Shown: piece after piece, positions 60,009-64,000 of the stretch
Numbering within the stretch: position 1 is the stretch's first letter
How the letters are laid out: the number at the start of each line of letters is the position of its first letter
Source: Azolla caroliniana
Lineage: Eukaryota; Plantae; Polypodiophyta
DNA length: 64,000 bases
Direction: 5' to 3'
Assembly: GCA_043228905.1 (NCBI GenBank)
Contig: JBHGNT010000015.1
Span: forward strand, 8,060,001-8,124,000
Position numbers and translations under genes: made by a program
Notes under the pieces: model-generated
What the model was told of the DNA's origin: nothing
What the model saw: only the letters and a program-made list of their open reading frames with translations
Database searches by the model: none

Positions 60009-63000
60009 TGTTGAGCGGCAAGCTCAACTGGAGCCGGATTGGTTGGATAAGCCTAAGCCGGTGAGCGAGGCGGATCGGTAAGCCGGTGAGCAACCGAGTC
60101 GGCAAGCAACAGAGCCGGTGAGCTGGGGAGCCGGTTAGTCGGATCCAATCGGTAACTGGAAGCCTAGTATTAGTTTAGACTACTAGGCAGTTATAGTCTT
60201 GTAGCAAGTGTCAGATGCTCGTGTGAGCATTGAAGTACATGGTACTTTTGTCAGTCCCACGAGGACTTGTATAAATAGTGCTACTGAGCATAGTTGTGAT
60301 AACAGAGTGTCTATATTGTTTTGAATATAGCTTTTACGTTCTACTCTCTCTGTCTCTCCCGTGTACTCTGTGTATTCTCTGCTTTCTCTGTTTTCTAACG
60401 CTTCCGCAAGTAATCGTTTACATGGTATCAGAGCGCGAGGGTTGAGAACCTCTACAACTGACAAACGCTTGAAAGCAAACCCTAACAGGTCGTAAGAACA
60501 GCAGACAGAGAAGTGATGGATAGAGGAATGGCTAGCTCGCTCCCTGTGGAGAAACTCGACAGATCCAACTATGCATCTTGGTCGTACAAGATGCACCAGT
60601 ACCTACTTGGGCATGGCTACTGGAGTTTCTTCGAAGGAGCCAACGAAACAACACCTGATGCGGCACATAAGGATTTCCCAGTGTGGGAACAATCGACAAG
60701 CAGAGTGATGTACTTCTTCGCGTCTAGTGTCGGAGACCTACTGTTGAGCCACATCCAAGACGCCAAGACGCCGAAGGAGGCTTAGGGAAACCTGAAGAAG
60801 GTTTTCGCCGCGAGCACTACAGCTTGGAAGCTGCAACTTTGACAGGAGTTGAGCAATGTTCGACAGAAGGACATGTCGGTGGCGGATTACACGGCCCGAA
60901 TCAAAGAGATCTGTGAGTCGCTCGCCTCTATCAACGTTACCGTAGAGGAAGATGAGATGGTACAGGTCTGTCTTGGGGGCTTGGCGTCTAAGTTTAGAGC
61001 GTTCCGAACGGCGGTATGTACAAGGGAGAATACGCCGTCATTTTTCGACTTACAATCGATGCTCCTTGTAGAGGAGAACCACACCAGTGCCTCAACTAGC
61101 GCACCCATTGACAACCAGATGCTGTACACGGAAGCAGATCGGTCCCGTGGGCGTGGTGGACGAGGCAGGTCGGCACGCAATGGAGGCGGCCGACAAGACC
61201 AGGAACAAAGACACAGAGAACGTGCCGACAACAGTTCCGGACACTCTAGGAGCAGGGGGAGTCATGGCGGCATCAGAAGACGGCAAGAGAAGACTGCAAC
61301 GGAATGCTGGTACTATGGCAAAAAGGGCCAAAGAGAAAGCGAGTGCTGGAGAAAACGCGCCAATTCAGACAAATCCGGTTCCGGCAAGGACGACAAGGAT
61401 GGCCGGCAAAGCTCGCACTACGCGAAGGGATCGGGAGGATCCAAGAACGGTAACGGGCCAACCTTAGTGATGAAGCACGAGGCGAACTCGATGAAGAAGA
61501 CCACTTCCAAATCGGCTGAAGTGTGGTATGTTGATTCCGGTGCGTCGAACCACATGACGAGCCACAAAGAGTGGTTCTCCTTTTTGGAGAAACCAGATCA
61601 ACTAGGAGTAGTCGAAACCGGAGACGACACTCCTCACCCAATCGTGCACGTCGGAGAAGTCCCTTTGAGCCACGTCGGACAAAAGGGGAAGCTGATGAAC
61701 GTATTACACGTTCCGACAATCACGAAGAAACTGGTGTCGGTCGGATAGATCGTCGACCAAGGGATGCAGGTCCGGTTTACGCACCTCGGGTGCTTCATCG
61801 AGGAAGAGGGCCAGATTATTGCGCAAGGGCGCAGAGACGAGAGGATGTTTATCCTCGACACCAATGACGTCGGCACCGCTCTGTTTGCAAAAGGACAGAA
61901 GGTCGAATTGGACATCGACCTATGGCACAAGTGGATAAGCCACGTCAATTACCGAAGGCTTCAAGACCTGCAAACGAAACAAGTTGTTTTCGGTTTGCCG
62001 AAGTTCAGCGGCCGGAAGGCCCAAGTATGTGAAGTCTGCCAACTCGGGAAGCAACACCGGCTTCCATTCCCTACCGAACGTAACGGGAGCCGTGACAAGC
62101 TCAAACTTATCCATTCGGATGTGTGGGGATCGGCACAAAATGTTAGTCTTGGCGGGAGTCGATATTTCGTCTCCTTCATCGACGACTATACGCGGCACAC
62201 ATGGATCTACCTCATTGAACGGAAGAGTGAAGTCTTCGAGTGTTTCCGGAGTCTCCAAAGCATGGTGGAACGAGAATCAAAGAGGAAGTTCAAATGCCTG
62301 CGGTCGGATGGCGGAAAAGAATACTTTTCCAGCCAATTCAACAATTATCTGCAACAAAAGGGAATTCGGCAAGAGTTCAGCTGCAGATACACACCGCAAA
62401 AGGACGGTGTTGCCGAGAGGAAGAACCAGTCGCTTATTGATGCGGCAAGGGCAATGCTGGAGGAGAAGAGCATGCCCAAATTCTACTGGGCGGAGGCAAT
62501 CCGAATGGCTGTCTACATCCAGAACTGGATCGGTGAGAAGGTGTCAGCTCACGAGCTGTATTTCGGGCGCAAGCCGAATTTGAGACACCTTAAGATCTTC
62601 GATAGCATTGCATATGTGCATGTACCGGATGAGAAGCGGAGGAAGCTGGATGCAAAATCGGAAAAATGCATCCTAGTCGGCAATGCTCAAGAGCAAAAGG
62701 GTTGTAAGTGTTATAACCCCCGGACAAAGCATGTCCGAGTTAGTCGAGATGTCGAGTTCGATGAATCGGCATCGTGGTAGGCCTTACCGACTCCGACTTC
62801 CGAATCCGACCCGATGCCGGAGGATGAGGCTAGTGAGCCTGAACCGGCCTAGGTAGATGATGATAAAGCGTGGACTTAGGATGAGAGTCCGGAATCGTTT
62901 CGGTTGAGCGGGCCGAACGAGAGACTGAGTCAATCTGACCAGTCCGATGAGGAACAGGCAAGTAGTGAAGACTCTGTCGTGCTCTCCTCGCGCAAGGAAT

Positions 63001-64000
63001 CGAGGAGACGGTTCACGCGCAAAGAGAAAGGGAAGAAAAAGATGTCAGAATTCGAAACCGGCAATGATGAGTCAGATCGGTGTGCATCCGACTCCGGCAA
63101 GGAGAAAGGCGGATCTTCGGCAACGGAGACCGAACCGGCCAAGAAGGGCCTCAAACCGGGTAACGGTGAGTTACGTTGGTCCACCCTCCAGAAGGATCCC
63201 GTCAAGCGGTACGGGTACAATGAGTACATGGCGCATCACTATGCATACATGACCAAGGTGGTGGAAGTGCGTGAGCCGGAGGGCTACGAAGAAGCGGCAA
63301 AGGACGCAAATTGGCATGCCGCTATAGAGGATGAAATGCGGGCACTTGATGTCAACGAGACATGGGACCTAGTTGACCCTCCCCGTCACTATAAACCGAT
63401 CAGATGCAAGTGGGTGTACAAGGTAAAGTACAACGCCGACGGTTCAGTTAACCGGTTAGTGGTGAAGGGATATGCGCAGAACCACGGAATTGACTACGAT
63501 GAGACCTTCGCTCTGGTAGCGAAGATGACGACGGTTCATGTGGTGCTGGCGGTTGTTACAGCAAGGGGGTGGCATCCTCACCAGATGGATGTGAAGAATG
63601 CGTTTCTTCAGGGTGATCTTGAAGAAGAAGTCTTTATGACTCAGCCCCCCAGTTTTTAATCGGAGCTGTTGAAGAAGTCGTTGTACGGCCTGATGCAAGC
63701 TCCTCAAGCTTGGAATGCGAAGATCACGCACCAGTTGCGTAAGATGGGGTTTGCGGCCTCCAAGTCTGACTCTTCGTTGTTCATCTGGCAAGGCTCAGCT
63801 GGTCCAGTAGGTATCCCGCTGTATGTTGATGATTTAGTCATCACCGGACTGGGTCTTCCAGAAGTCAACCGCGTCAAGTTCCAGTTGTTGGACGCATTTG
63901 AGATGAAGGACCTAGGGGACCTTCATTATTTTCTTGGGATCGAGGTGATCCACACCCCCGACTGCATATTGCTCTCACAACAACATTACGTCTTGAATAT
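60009..64000 (+). mobile_element. Copia G (F-related lineage, GC-rich, degenerate), runs off the window
   Basis: LTR 60009-60422; PBS TGGTATCAGAGC at 60423; gag from 60516; [30 protein letters not shown]; many stops. Confidence 0.93.

Overview
Plant nuclear DNA, most consistent with a non-seed land plant (fern or lycophyte-like, inferred from the retrotransposon lineages). The first 7.3 kb holds two convergent host genes: the last four exons of eIF2-gamma (+) and an intronless CFIm68/CPSF6-like RRM gene (-). The rest is a stack of about 11 nested or fragmented LTR retrotransposons, labelled here by letter. An old Trp-primed Gypsy (X, 7644-41842) carries a Copia (B, 8136-13393) and a younger relative of itself (Y, 13404-37649). 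Y carries a deleted Gypsy with an extra ORF (C, 17377-23812) and a chromovirus (E, 25342-36153), and E carries a very young Copia with identical LTRs (F, 27530-32976). Further right are Gypsy D1, a Copia 5' fragment, Gypsy D2 carrying a self-priming Tcn1/Tf1-like chromovirus (H, 53037-58329), and Copia G, which runs off the window. The most notable signals are: (i) a slippery site plus covarying pseudoknot (putative -1 frameshift) after the protease in X and Y; (ii) a conserved ~1000-aa extra ORF, with a hairpin in place of the PPT, in C and D2; (iii) self-priming plus a PEG10-like frameshift signal in H; (iv) an anomalous integration junction and a five-hairpin array in E. All alignments and mismatch counts were done by eye.
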